Of a stretch of 62,686 bases of DNA, positions 49,847 to 62,560 are shown one piece after another. Under the pieces are notes generated by a model, which was not told the origin of the DNA, did not search any database, and worked only from the letters and a program-made list of their open reading frames with translations. This DNA comes from Vicugna vicugna (Eukaryota). Both the position numbers and the translations under genes were made by a program. Position 1 is the first letter of the stretch; every line of letters starts with the position of its first letter. Location of the stretch: NCBI GenBank assembly GCA_013265495.1, contig MU058478.1, forward strand, positions 1 to 62,686, read 5' to 3'.

Positions 49847-52457
49847 TTTAAATGATGCTTTGAATTAAATTATTTTCATAGATATACTCCACGTAAGTAC
49901 TGAAGTAACTGTGTTCTTTTCTGTGCTGTGAAGTATTGTTCAAACCACTGAAGTCCGTTTTTATGTTTATATGTTATCAGTTAAGAGGACTTATGTCCAG
50001 ACCCTCACTTTGGCTAAATCGCTTTGGAGATTTCCCATGCTCACGTTCAAATAACACCTGTAGAGTGCTCAAATTGCCTTGTGAATGGTGGAGGTGGAGG
50101 TGAAGATCATAGCTTGGCTATGGATGCAGCTTTTGGTGCCGTGACCCCAGCTCTGTGTTTGACAGCCTGGACCAGTGCAGTGGATGAGCTGACACTGGGT
50201 CAGGACACACGTTCTCTCTGCTCACCAACCAGACCCTGCAGCGCAGTCTTTGGGATGTCCCACTCAGCCGAAATGTCTCCTACCAAGGATGCGTTTCTTC
50301 CTTAGTTCCTACAAATCATCTCCTTAAAATGACTATGAAAAGACAGCTTGGTGAAAGGCAGGGCTATGAAATTCTTAAAATATAGCACCCATACCATGGA
50401 GAGGTTTACAGATTATGGGACTTAATTCAGGTGCCAAACTATAGAAGGGGAAACAGATCATTGGGTGTTGCTCAGTTCTCTGTTACTTGCTCTTTCCATG
50501 ACTTTGGAATAATTTGATAAATCTAAGCTTTTTTTGCAGTGTGGCATAAGACAATAAGCATTCATTTTCATCTAAGATTTGTACAATGTATTTGCTCTGA
50601 CAGGCCACCGCCAGCAACTCACTTTACAGCAATTTATAGCATTTCTACAATAAGTTGAATTATTTTTAATTAGATTGTCTTTGCCTTAGTAAAAATGTAA
50701 AAAAAAAGCAATAGATTTATTTTGCTAATTAGGTTTAGAAGTTGACATTCTCTCTGCTGGAGAGGGTAATAATATGAAACTTTCAACAGCCTTCTATGCT
50801 TTTACAAACACACACACACACAGTAATATCTAAGGCTCATTATGGTCTATGACTTCATATGTCTTCCACAGAATAAAATTATCACAATATATATTCAGTC
50901 CCAAATTTTCTATATGAATAATTACAGATGGTTTATTTTTAAGAGATTGGAATGCTTTCAGAACTTTTTCCTGTATGGCTCTGGAAATTAACTGAACATT
51001 GAAAAATAGGTAGGATTTTGCCTATAGGAATGTTCTTACCATCAAAATAAAATGTTGCTGTTCTATATAAAAGTTAGGGGCTTGGACCCTGTATCCATAT
51101 TTCTAGGGCTGCCAGGCTATACTCGGTGATCTCAGAAAATTGTCTCATATATTATCAGATCTCTCTGCAATTCTGTCATTTTTCAATAAGTTTGTTACAT
51201 TCTAGCGAAGTACCAGTAATTATATAATTGTTTTGAATTCCGTATAAATCAAGAACTCATAGACTCCATTTGTAAAATGTGGAAAATCTAATTAGAGGTT
51301 GGGGGACGTGAAAATAATGCTCAAAGGAATATGCAAACAGGGTGTAAGAAACAGGGTGTTCATCCCTTTCACAGAAAAAGGCATGATTTAAGAAAAGGTG
51401 AGAATATTTAATGAAGAAGTTGAATGCTATCCGGTGGAGGAGTGTCATTCACAGTTATAAGCAGTGCGGATGGTGTTTGCAACTTTTAAGGAGAGAATTA
51501 TTTAGAAGAATCACCAAGGAAAGCGATCAATCCAATATGGAATAATGTAGCCAGAAGTAATTCTTCAAATCATGTGACCGAATTGTCCTGCAGAAAACAC
51601 TTCTTACAATGCTGACGTGGGTAAGGTCAAGGCTTTCCTGGTCCTTCCATTCTGCCTCCATCATGGCTACAATGGTGTGCACAGGAAAAGTGATCTCACA
51701 ACCACCTCCATCCACCAGCAGGAGAGGGAGTCCCTCCTTCCCTGCTCCCAGGACCAATTCAAAGACAAGGTGAATGTCTTTGATGGACAATATTCATTTC
51801 TCATATTCATGAAACAGATGCAAAGGACCCAGGGAGCGTGAGTGCCTGATTTTCGCCTAGACTCATGTTGGGGAACATTCTTTCCACGTAGAAGGAACTT
51901 TGACAATGAATGTCCTAAAAAATTCCCTGTAGTCCACAGCTTGTCTCCATGAAGGAAAACAGGATCGTCAACAAATAAATAAGGAAACATAACCAGAGCT
52001 GGATGATAAATCGCTGGCTGGGACAGGGAGTCTTAGTATGTCTTTATTCCACTGTGAGACTCTGGGCTTCTCAAAGTCTCTCTCTCCACACCAGCAGCCC
52101 CACCCCCAGGCTTGACCCCCTAAGGTTTCCAGGTGCTGGGATTTCCCAGATAATAGTACGCCAAATAAAAGATGGTTTTGAATCCCACTGCCAGTGCCAC
52201 AAGGCTACTCTCTGTCCATCAGTTCAAACAGGAGTGCAGGAATAAGAGTATTTAGCGGCACCCTGGCTCAAACATGTCTTCCCATAGGATGCCATGAAAC
52301 TGAGCACCCATGCACTGCTACTTCCTGTTCCTGGGTTCCAGTGCAAGGAAATGGACTCTCCTGTCATTTCCTCGGAGGCTTTTTAGGTCCACTGCCCAAA
52401 GCCAACATCTACATACAGCTTTCTTTACATATTTATATTTGAAGACTTAATTCATTC

Positions 52458-52459
52458 TT

Positions 52460-52517
<58 letters not shown>

Positions 52518-52909
52518 CATTTATCTATCTATCTATCCATCCATCCATCCATCCATGTATCCATCTATCTATGCATCCATCCATTTATCTATCTATCTAT
52601 CATCTATCTACCTATCCATCCACTCTATCTATCTATCTATCCATCCATCCATTTATCTATTTATCCATCCATTTATCTATCTATCTATCATCTATCTATC
52701 TATCCATTTATCTATCTATCCATCCATCCATCCATCTATCCATCTATCTATCCATACATCCATTTATCTATCTACCTATCCATCATCCATCCATCCATCC
52801 ATGTATCCATCTATCTAGGCATCCATCCATTATTTATCTATCTATCATCCATCTATCCATACATCCACCTATCCATCTATCTATCCATCCATCCATTTAT
52901 CTATCTATC

Positions 52910-52950
<41 letters not shown>
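52458..52950. repeat. compound (CTAT)n/(CCAT)n tetranucleotide tract, ~490 bp
   Basis: Read directly from the sequence. Confidence 0.98.
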
Positions 52951-53299
52951 GCACTAAAATGGACTGCTCCCATATTCACAGATAAGTGAATATAAAGAAC
53001 TGCTATCATTCTAGATTTGATATTAATTATATTAATATTAATTAGCAATTTGAGGTCAACAGCAGAAGAGCTGTAATCTCCTGTGCTGTGATTACTCGTA
53101 CAGATCAGGTAGTTCAAACAGATCTCAGTGCTATGTAAATGTATGCAAAGCTATTGGAAGTGTTTTTCATTCATCCACGGGGTTATATGTGTGTATTTGA
53201 ACTATCAAATGTAAGGTTACTTCCCTTACAACTAGACATCACTCAACCAATTCATACTTGTTTCTAACATCAGTAATATTTCTTAATTAGCTGACAAAG

Positions 53300-53700
53300 G
53301 GCATTGTGAGTTGTTTATTTATATTGAGTTATTCGTTTCAAGTTTGATCTCATCTGAACCAAGTACTTACGTAAATACCCATATTTCTCTATATCTACAT
53401 TGATAGATATGTCAGTATTATTAATTGAGATGCTCAATCATGCTAATCTTTCACATTCCTATTGATTTTTGTTTCTATTTGTTCTATTAGTCACTCAGAG
53501 AATTGTATCCAAACTTCTCTGTAGGATTTTTTTTTTGTTTATTTCTCCTTGGAGTTTTGTTTATTTTTGTGCTGTGTAATGTAAGACACTTTATTTACGC
53601 ATATCAAACATACAGAACAATACACTGTTGAAGTATGTACAACTTGATTAATGAACCCACGGATTTGCCCACAAACCATAGATGGATTTATAATTATACT
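53300..53700 (-). mobile_element. very old L1 ORF2 5' fragment
   Basis: ATTGATTTTTGTTTCTATTTGTTCTATTAGT..GAGA..TTTATTTCTCCTT resembles the antisense L1M endonuclease region. Confidence 0.5.
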
Positions 53701-54089
53701 AAAAGAATAATGATAATATTTCTCTTGCCCTTCCCAATCACCAGACCTCTTTCCCAGTAGTGACGGACCTCTTCCATTACAAGGTGAAAATTTTCGTTTG
53801 CAAATTTTTGTTAAATCAGAGTATTCTTTCAGCCTATGTCTTCTTTTCATTTATTCACATTTCAGCTATTTTTACGTATATGATTTTTCTATTCTCTGCT
53901 AATGATCATGAAAAATACAACTTCATATTTTTTTTTATTAACAAACTTTCTGAGAAGTTTTAGACTTAAGGAAATCAAATAAGGTGACTGATTTGAAGAG
54001 TGGGCAGAAAATGTCCCACGGATGTGAAGTTGATCTGAGACCTACCGAATGTGAACAGAACATAATTTATATTCTGAGCATGTAAGTGT

Positions 54090-54250
54090 TTTAGTCATCA
54101 ACTATTCACTGTACATAGACTATGTGTGCTTTCTGTTCTAGGTGCTGGAAATGCACAGATAAGGAAGCCAAAGCCTTTGCTCTCAAACAGATTACATGTT
54201 AGTAAGGAGACAAACAAGAAGCATAAAAAATTAGTAAATAAATTTCAGCT
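54090..54250 (-). mobile_element. L2 3' fragment
   Basis: ACTATGTG..TGTTCTAGGTGCTGGAAATGCACAGAT..TGCTCTCA..TTACA..TAG..GGAGACA. Confidence 0.7.
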
Positions 54251-54410
54251 ACAATGAAACATAAAAAGAAGGTAATATATTTTCTCAAAAGCCAATGCTG
54301 TTAACCATAGAGAATTAATCACCATGCAGAAGGACCGTATGACTTCCCATTATCTCTGGTAACAGCAAAGATGGCAATTAAAATTCCATTTAAAAAAAAT
54401 CTCTAAAATG

Positions 54411-54537
54411 GGGGGAGGGTGTAGCTCAGTGGTAGAGTTCCTGCCTAGCACGCATGAGGTCCTGGGTTCAATCCCCAGTACCTCCTCTAAAGATAAATAA
54501 ACCTAATTACCTCCCCCTAACACACCAAAAAACAAAC
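54411..54537 (+). mobile_element. tRNA-derived SINE (camelid vic-1-like)
   Basis: A box TAGCTCAGTGG, B box GGTTCAATCC, tail AAATAAACCTAATTACCTCCCCC. TSD AAAAAAATCTCTAAAATG / AAAAAAATCACTAAAATG. Confidence 0.95.
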
Positions 54538-55522
54538 AAAAAAATCACTAAAATGAAGACTTCTTCCCATAAAAAAAAAAATCAAATAGTGCAACCAACC
54601 TTTAATGAGCATAATTAATGTCCTCTGTCTTTGGGATGCAGATTTGGGTAAGGGTACCCAATTATAGCCTAAATAAAGAGGAAAAAGGGATAGAAATGGT
54701 AGGTAATACTGACACCAGCACATTGAATTTTAGAATATAAACTTTGCAGGAGAATTATGAATTGCTTCAACTAACCCATTCCTATCAGATTGAAGGCTTT
54801 TAATTTTTTCCCTTAAAACATAAAAACGATTCAGATTGTCTGTGATCTGTGCAGACAGAAACACAGCCTCCTCTGCAGAGTTGGGTAGGTGCAAAGTCAC
54901 TCTTTAACTTTTCGGTGTCCCACAGACACACTGGTCTACACTCTTGAGTCACAAAAGGTACCAAAAACAGCCCAGTCCCTAACTCTCCTATTTAGAATAG
55001 CAGAAAAAGAGGGCAGTCAACTGACTACTCCACTGAGTACGCCAAATACTTTCCACTAACGGGGGTAAATATTTACTTGTATTTACTTGTTTCACAATAG
55101 CCATGAAGTCGGACAACTGTTGTCACTACCGTTGATCACATTTGAATGGAAGAACTTGATGGCGTCTCAATCTGGGAGGACAGACACGGAAGAACATTTC
55201 CTCAGAAATGAAATTATTAACACCCCTGCAAGGTATAGGGAGGAAAAATAAAAATAGAAGAATAATAAGGCTGAGTTCTTGCTCTTGACAAAATATCTCA
55301 TTAAGTTTACATGGAGAACAATACACGTTTAAAATAAACAGAAGACAACTGTAGATTTTCTAAAATGCTGGTAAGATTTTAATTTGCTCCAAGTCGAAAA
55401 TAACTATATTGCTAGTGTTTTAAGGCACATAATGAGCAATTATATCACACATGATAGATTCAGCAGTGAAATATTATCAGTTAACAGCTGGAACTCATAA
55501 AAGCATCGCACAGTGTGAACAC

Positions 55523-55576
55523 NNNNNNNNNNNNNNNNNNNNNNNNNNNNNNNNNNNNNNNNNNNNNNNNNNNNNN
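55523..55576. other. assembly gap (54 N)
   Basis: Run of N. Confidence 1.
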
Positions 55577-56121
55577 TATGCAAAATATGAAGCTAGCACA
55601 TTATTTGCCTTATTTAATAGATTTATGAAACAATAATGAGATATTGAAAAAGTAGGTGCCATCTTAATTAATTCCCTAAGTTAGACCATTGGTTACGGTG
55701 ATATATAATAAGATATTGGATGTAAATGTGGCTAAACTACCCACACATAGTGTAAATAAATGGAAAATAAATTTTATAGTTCAAGTAGTAAACATATATT
55801 CAAAATTTTGGACACAAATTGCAAATATCGCTTTATGAAGGTTTCAACAGCTTACATGCTCAACAGTGGCATTAGTTACCCACACTTCTTTCTTTTCTCC
55901 ATACATACAATTACCGCTCTTGTCACCTTTCATCTTCACTCTTTTATAGTAAAAAAGGCCTGGGTTTAATTTTAATTTGCATGATTTTGAGCGTGGTTGA
56001 ATATTTTCACATCTTTATGTGACTGTGGCAGTCTTTGTGTGTGTATAAACTTGCTGTATATGGTCTGTGCTTAATGCCAGACATTTTCACTTAACAATGC
56101 CTCAAATAATACCATTAACTA

Positions 56122-56332
56122 TTTTTTTTAACATTTTTCAATTGAGTAATAGTCATTTTACAATGCTGTGTCAAATTCCAATGTAGAGCACAACTTTTCA
56201 GTCATACATGAACATATATATATTCATTGTCACATTTTTTTTCTCTGTGGGTCACCATACGATCTTGTGTGTATTTCCATGTGCTACACAGTATAGTCTT
56301 GTTTATCTATTCTACAGTTTTGAAATCCCAGT
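56122..56332 (-). mobile_element. young L1 3' UTR fragment
   Basis: TTTTTTTAACATTTTTCAATTGAGTAATAGTCATTTTACAATG..GTGCTACACAGTATAGTCTTGTTTATCTATTC. Confidence 0.9.
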
Positions 56333-57112
56333 TGATATTTTTATCTGAGTTAAGGATCTAAATTTTTTCCCTTATAAGTTTTCATAGTCTCCCAGCATCA
56401 TATATTGCTTTTTGTACAATATGCATTTTAAGAACTGAGAATTGATTAACTTACCAAAATAAAAATATGAGAAATGGATATTTAATCATCACGTTTACGA
56501 ACTTACTTAATAATCCAGAATTTTTAAAAGTTTGTGGTTGGAAAAATACCTATAGTAAGAAAAAGAAAATGCTCAACATTTAGTGATAATCAAAGTATCA
56601 GAAAAAAATGTGCAAGTAGAATAAAAATATTCTAAATGAAACAGGCAGGAGCACTTTATTAAACTAATTTGTTGAATCCCTAACAAAAATCTAACAGCAA
56701 CTGAAATATAAATATCAATAATGCAAGGAGAATATGTGTGTCAAGACATTTTTTCCAGAACGACAAGATGAAAATCACAGAGGCAATAAATAAGTTAGAA
56801 TAAAAAGTATTCAAAGATTATTTTTAATCATGTTGTCTAAATAAATAAATACAGATTGAAATACCCTGAAATTCAAGACTATCTAATTATCAGCACATGT
56901 AAAATCTATAAAATTACCCATGTATTAGTTTATAAGAAAATATCAATAAATTATTTTAAAAATCGAATAAAGCAGAAACTACACCCTCTCTGCTGGATGC
57001 AATAAACTTAGGAGTGGAAATAGAAAATTAAAATTTCAATATTTAAAACATAAAGGAAAAATTTCTTTTGGGTGACGTAAGAACTCTACGATTGCCAAAT
57101 ATCAGAATAGTA

Positions 57113-58372
57113 TGGTTCTCAGATGGTAGAGATTTTATCTGAAGGACATTTGGCAATGTGCAGAGATATTTGGGGTTGTTAAGACTGGGGTAGGGGCCTG
57201 AAAAAAAGTATGTCATAAAGATATACATTTAAAAAATATAGGGTCAAATGATTTTATGAAAAAAATATTTTAAACTATCAAGAATTGTGTCACTTTTGTT
57301 GGTTTTTGTATGGTAACAGAAAACGGAGAAATAATAATTTTTTAAGCAATTCTTTCCACCAATCTGACATACCACTAATTGTAAAATGAATAAAAAATAT
57401 ATAGAGTACAAATCACTTATAAATGTTGATACAATAATGCCAAACAAAAAAGAGGAAATTTCCAACAAAATTTTAAACATTAATACAAATGTATAGCAAG
57501 GTTGAACAGATTTCCATGTTAGGAATAAAAGTATGATTCCAAATCATGTAATCAAGTGATATAAATAATCATATTATTAATCCAAATAAAAATATAAATA
57601 TGAGATTCTCAATACATGCTGAAAACATTCTTATCAAAAATTTATATTTATGTCTTTAAAGATGCTAAAAGCCATTAGGAGCCTGGTAATTTATACACAC
57701 ACGTGTGTATAGGAGGGTGAAAAACAAATCATCTAGCTAGTGATGGATCATTTGCATATGCAGAGAGAAAACATTAAATAGAATTTATTACCATATTTCA
57801 AGGAAGTTAATGTTGGGGCTCCAATTAAGGTGCAACCGAGGATACTCAATCCAGGAGTCTTATATAGAATAAGGAGAGAGAAAGAATTTCTCAAAAAAGC
57901 AAAAACTCAAAAAAATAAAACAATACTAAAATCACCCTGCAAGAAATACTGAAAGATCTTCTCTAAATAGAGAAGAAGCAAGAATCTATAGGAAAGAGAT
58001 AATAGCCATTGGAAAGTAAATCACATGAATAAGTCAGTACACATTTCAAAAAAAAAACTGCACAAGCATTGATGACTAAAGCGAACAGCAAATGGGAAAA
58101 CGTGAAGATGTAAAAGGCAACGTCAGAATCATAACACGTGGGGGATGAGAGTCAAGAAATAGCAAAGGGGGTTTAGTTCTGTTTTGTTTTTGCAGAATGC
58201 GTTTAGAAGGACATTTGGCAATGTGCAGAGATATTTGGGGTTGTTAAGACTGGGGTAGGGGCCTGAAATCCAGAGGGAAGGGGTCACGTTGAGCAGCCAA
58301 CATTGCAATGACAGATCCACAACAGAGAATGATCAGGCCCTAAATGACAACACTGCTGAAGTTGAGAGACTT
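57113..58372 (+). mobile_element. MER20-like hAT MITE in two overlapping pieces (57113-57203 and 58206-58372)
   Basis: TGGTTCTCA..GGACATTTGGCAATGTGCAGAGATATTTGGGGTTGT and ACAACAGAGAATGATCAGGCCCTAAATGACAA..GTTGAGA are the two MER20 halves, sharing a 63-bp identical overlap. Confidence 0.78.
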
Positions 58373-60544
58373 TAATCTAGAAAATAAAAATAGTTTTAGC
58401 TGTTGAAAGCCTCAGGGAAAAGTATCAATGCCCAGTGGAAATAAAATGCAGACATTTTAATTTCCACGTAAAGTTGCACAAATTCATGCCAATATATATG
58501 AAGGAATAAAGTAAGTATTTTTTAGGATTAAGTAAGTGGAGTTTTTAAGCCTGCATGTAAAGGACACCGGTGGAATTAATGTGCATGAGGAGATAAAATT
58601 GAGAAGATACAATTTAGCAAAATCGATGAGCTGAAGCTGTTGTTTCATACTTGTTAATATTCCAACAGAAATTGCATTTAACAAATGTTCCCCGGGGCAG
58701 CGATATACAGGTAGCAATGATCTCTGTCTTCCAAGCTGTAAGGGGGAGAGAGTTCTCAGAGCAAACTTTTCCAAGATGGAAATTGAACCATATCTGGCTC
58801 GTCAAGAGAAAAGTCCACAGGCTACTGAATATTTCAGATGTCAGAGAAAAGAGACTGCCAAGGAAAGAGATGCTGTGTGGTTGTGAACACAGTCTATCAG
58901 ATCAGTATTTGAATGAGCTTTAATAGCAAGGTGAAACAGATTTCCACATTAGGAATAAAAGTATGATTCCAAATCAGGTAATCAAGTGATATAAACAATC
59001 ATATTATTAATCCAAATAAAAATATAAATATGAGATTCTCAATACATGCTGAAAACATTCTTATCAAAAATAGTTTTATGCATCTCTTAAACCAGACTGT
59101 CCTCAGTTCATCAATCAGTGTCCCCAGTGCTCACAAGCAACAGACAATTTTGTAGCTTAAGCTGCTTTTCCAACTCCCTAAATTAATGATGGATCATTTG
59201 CATATGCAGAGAGAAAACATTAAATAGAATTTATTACCATATTTCAAGGAAGTTAATGTTGGGGCTCCAATTAAGGTGCAACCGAGGATACTCAATCCAG
59301 GAGTCTTATATAGAATAAAACCACCTTCACTTATTCTAGCTTTTCTTCACTATCGCATCCTTGTTGACTCATAATGTAAATTAAAGAATGTAAACTCCAA
59401 TGCCATGATTACTCATTTTAGTCTAGTATCTCCAAAGTTAATCATCTTTTCATTTTATTTGCTTTCCAGAGATTAAACTCAACCCAAATATAGATAAACA
59501 AAAAAGCAAAAACTCAAAAAAATAAAACAATACTAAAATCACCCTGCAAGAAATACTGAAAGATCTTCTCTAAATAGAGAAGAAGCAAGAATCTATAGGA
59601 AAGAGATAATAGCCATTGGAAAGTAAATCACATGAATAAGTCAGTACACATTTCAAAAAAAAAACTGCACAAGCATTGATGACTAAAGCGAACAGCAAAT
59701 GGGAAAACGTGAAGATGTAAAAGGCAACGTCAGAATCATAACACGTGGGGGATGAGAGTCAAGAAATAGCAAAGGGAAAATTTATTATCTCATAGCTCCG
59801 GAGGTCGAGTCTGAAATAGGACTCGTGGGTCTACAATTAAAATTAGCAGTAAGCCTGTATTTCTTCTGGAGGTTTTATTGGAGAAACTTTTTTCTTAATT
59901 TTTCCGTCTTGTGGTGGTTGCCCATACTCCTTGGTTCGTGACCTAATTCTTCCATAAAAAAGTCATCCGTGTTTTGTCTCCTTCTATTTATAGGGAACCT
60001 TCTGATTACACCAGGCCCACCAATCCAGGACAGTGTCTCCACCTCAAAGTCAGTCAATTACCAACTTTAACTCCACATGCAATCACTTGCATGCCGTTAC
60101 TTTATGCACCATAATTAGGCAAGTCCATTTACTCAAAGACTAAAATGATCTTTATGATTGTCTCCCACCATTTCCCAAAGAATCTTCAAAAATACCACAA
60201 ACTGTGGCAAGAAAAAAGATAATAATAAAGAAGTTAGGTGTGAGGAAGGCAAACATTAGAAACCCCATCATTATATATTACAGATACTCATCCTTGCCTC
60301 TAATAATAAAAGAGACAAAATGAACCAGTCCTTCCGCATCCTAGTTCATGATTTACTTTGTGATGTAGTTGAAACCACTTAACAACCTCAGCTGCTCTCG
60401 TTTTATGCATCTCTTAAACCAGAATGTCCTCAGTTCATCAATCAGTGTCCCCAGTGCTCACAAGCGACAGACAATTTTGTAGCTTAAGCTGCTTTTCCAA
60501 CTCCCTAAATTACCACCTTCACTTATTCTAGCTTTTCTTCACTA
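57141..60544 (+). repeat. mosaic of six dispersed direct duplications (33-278 bp)
   Basis: A 57141-57203=58206-58268; B 57493-57641~58923-59071; C 57741-57872=59187-59318; D 57892-58169=59499-59776; E 59073-59185~60400-60512; F 59320-59352=60512-60544. Confidence 0.95.
59778..60085 (-). mobile_element. MLT1 (MaLR) LTR fragment
   Basis: AAATTTATTATCTCATAGCTCCGGAGGTC..TTCTGGAGG..TGATTACACCAGGCCCACC..ATCCAGGA..CTCAAAGTC. Confidence 0.8.
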
Positions 60545-60546
60545 CG

Positions 60547-60945
60547 TCATTCTAAATGTAGTAAGCCAGAAAGAGAAAGAAAAAGGACAAATGGTGTCAC
60601 TTATATGGGAAATCTAAGAAAAAAAAAAGACACAAATGAACTTATTTATAAAATAGACTCACAGACATAGAAAAACTTATGGTTACCAGAGAGCGAAGAG
60701 GTGGGAAGGGATAAATTAAGAGTTTGAGATTTGCAGATACACACTACTACTATAAATAAAATAGATAAATGAGATTCTACTGTAGAGCACAGGTAACCGT
60801 ATTCAATATCTTGTAATAACTTATAATGAAAAGGAATATTGAAACGAATATATGTATGTATATGTATGACTGAAACGTTATGCTGTGCACCAGAAATGAA
60901 CACGTTGTAACTGATTATACTTCAATTAAAAACAAAAGACAAAAA
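60547..60945 (+). mobile_element. L1 ORF2 end plus 3' UTR
   Basis: GTAAGCCAGAAAGAGAAAG..CTCACAGACATAG..GTTGTAACTGATTATACTTCAATTAAAAA. Confidence 0.92.
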
Positions 60946-62305
60946 CACAGAAACACCTCCTCTACAACTCCTAGAAATCACATGAAAATCAGACGCGATG
61001 GTGGATAAGAAAGCGTGTTGCCTGTTTGGAAAGCCCCCTGTAGGGGAAAATTTCTATTTTCTTTTTTTTTTTTTTTTAATTTTGGTTTTGGTTGTATCAG
61101 ACGCTCCATGAGGACACCCATTATGTCCCCAGACCAGACAGCGTTTTCTAGGACACATGAACAGAAGGTGGATTATGGTTCTACAGAATAAACCAGCACA
61201 AGGCTTCCCTCCAAAGGATGCTCGCAGCCTGCTCCGGGCTCTAGATCCTTAACCGTATGCTTTTATTTTATTTATTTATTTTTTGGAGAGATAGCAATGA
61301 AATGAAACCAGCTACCGTCAGCATCACTTCAGTGGCAAATGGACTTCTACTGGAATTGTAGTGCTTGATTATAATTTGTTTCAGAGCAAAACTTTGTCCA
61401 TTAAAATGTGTCTCTTATAAAAGTTCACCAGTGAAGGTCATTATACCTTCCTTAATGGAACTTTTAATTAGACCGTGGAGATTATTTTAAATGCTTCCTT
61501 TGATTATGTGTTGAGTGCTGTGATTTGCTGCCCTATAGAAATAGCAAAATTGACATTTACACCTGTATCTCCTTTAAAGCGTTCAGATAAGGATAATTTC
61601 ACTACTTCCTGCCTAAAGGATGCTTCAGTTCTGGGCCCTAGACCTAAGAAAAGTGGTTTTTAATAGGCTGCACCGTATAATCTATTCATGTAAACCAATT
61701 AGATTAATCACAATATTTTGGAAAAAAACAAACCTCTAAAAATCCATAATTAGGAACAACAAAAAGAATTCTTGACCACTTTCTTTGCAAAAGACTATCA
61801 CATTAAGAAAAAAAAAACAAACACAACTGATATTCAGAATAAGTTTGAGTTCTTGTCAATCCTTGGTGAGTTTGCCAAGGGGAAATGTCAATTACATGCT
61901 TTTTTTTTTAATCTTTAGATATTTGCTTCATTATCTACACAATCAATTACTTATTCCTGAGCTCAATCTAATTAGCCTTTTCAGTAGAAAAGTTGTAATA
62001 TTCTTGTAATATTAATGGGATTGTATCTAAAGTATCAAACCTGCATGTACCAATGCGACATGGGAGGTTTTGCATTAAACGATGAACAATTAAAAGTCTG
62101 TGACATCAGCCATCAAATTGTCTAGGACACATTAAAGCTAATGGCATTCTTGAATTTTATGACTTGAAAAGTAAAAAGGAGAAAATTGTTAAATGTTGTT
62201 GGATTTCCACTTAGGGGTGAATTGTTAAGCATGAAATCAGGAGACATTCTGCCCTCCCCCCCAACCAAAAAATAAAATAAATAAACCTAATTACCTTCCC
62301 CTGCA

Positions 62306-62435
62306 GGGGAGGAGGGTGTAACTCAGTGATAGAGCGTGTGCTTAGCAAGCACAAGGTCCTGGGTTCAATCCCCAGCACCTCCACTAAATGAATAAACCTA
62401 ATTACCACTCACCTACGAAAAAAAAAAAAAAAAAA
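62306..62435 (+). mobile_element. tRNA-derived SINE (camelid vic-1-like), preceded by an orphan SINE tail at ~62251-62301
   Basis: TAACTCAGTGATAGAGC, GGTTCAATCCCCAG, AATAAACCTAATTACC and an A18 tail. Confidence 0.93.
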
Positions 62436-62455
62436 GGGACATTTGGGGTTCAACT

Positions 62456-62560
62456 NNNNNNNNNNNNNNNNNNNNNNNNNNNNNNNNNNNNNNNNNNNNN
62501 NNNNNNNNNNNNNNNNNNNNNNNNNNNNNNNNNNNNNNNNNNNNNNNNNNNNNNNNNNNN
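62456..62560. other. assembly gap (105 N)
   Basis: Run of N. Confidence 1.

Noticed and set aside
9818..52951. Low-complexity ORFs (FLS-rich 9818, RKEG-rich 16483, IY-rich 39972 and 45113, SIHP-rich 52555 and 52571)
   Set aside because: They are translations of microsatellites or AT tracts.
49723..62435. tRNA genes at 49723, 54411 and 62306
   Set aside because: A and B boxes are present, but the shared non-tRNA tail, A-rich ends and TSDs (at two of the three) identify them as SINEs.
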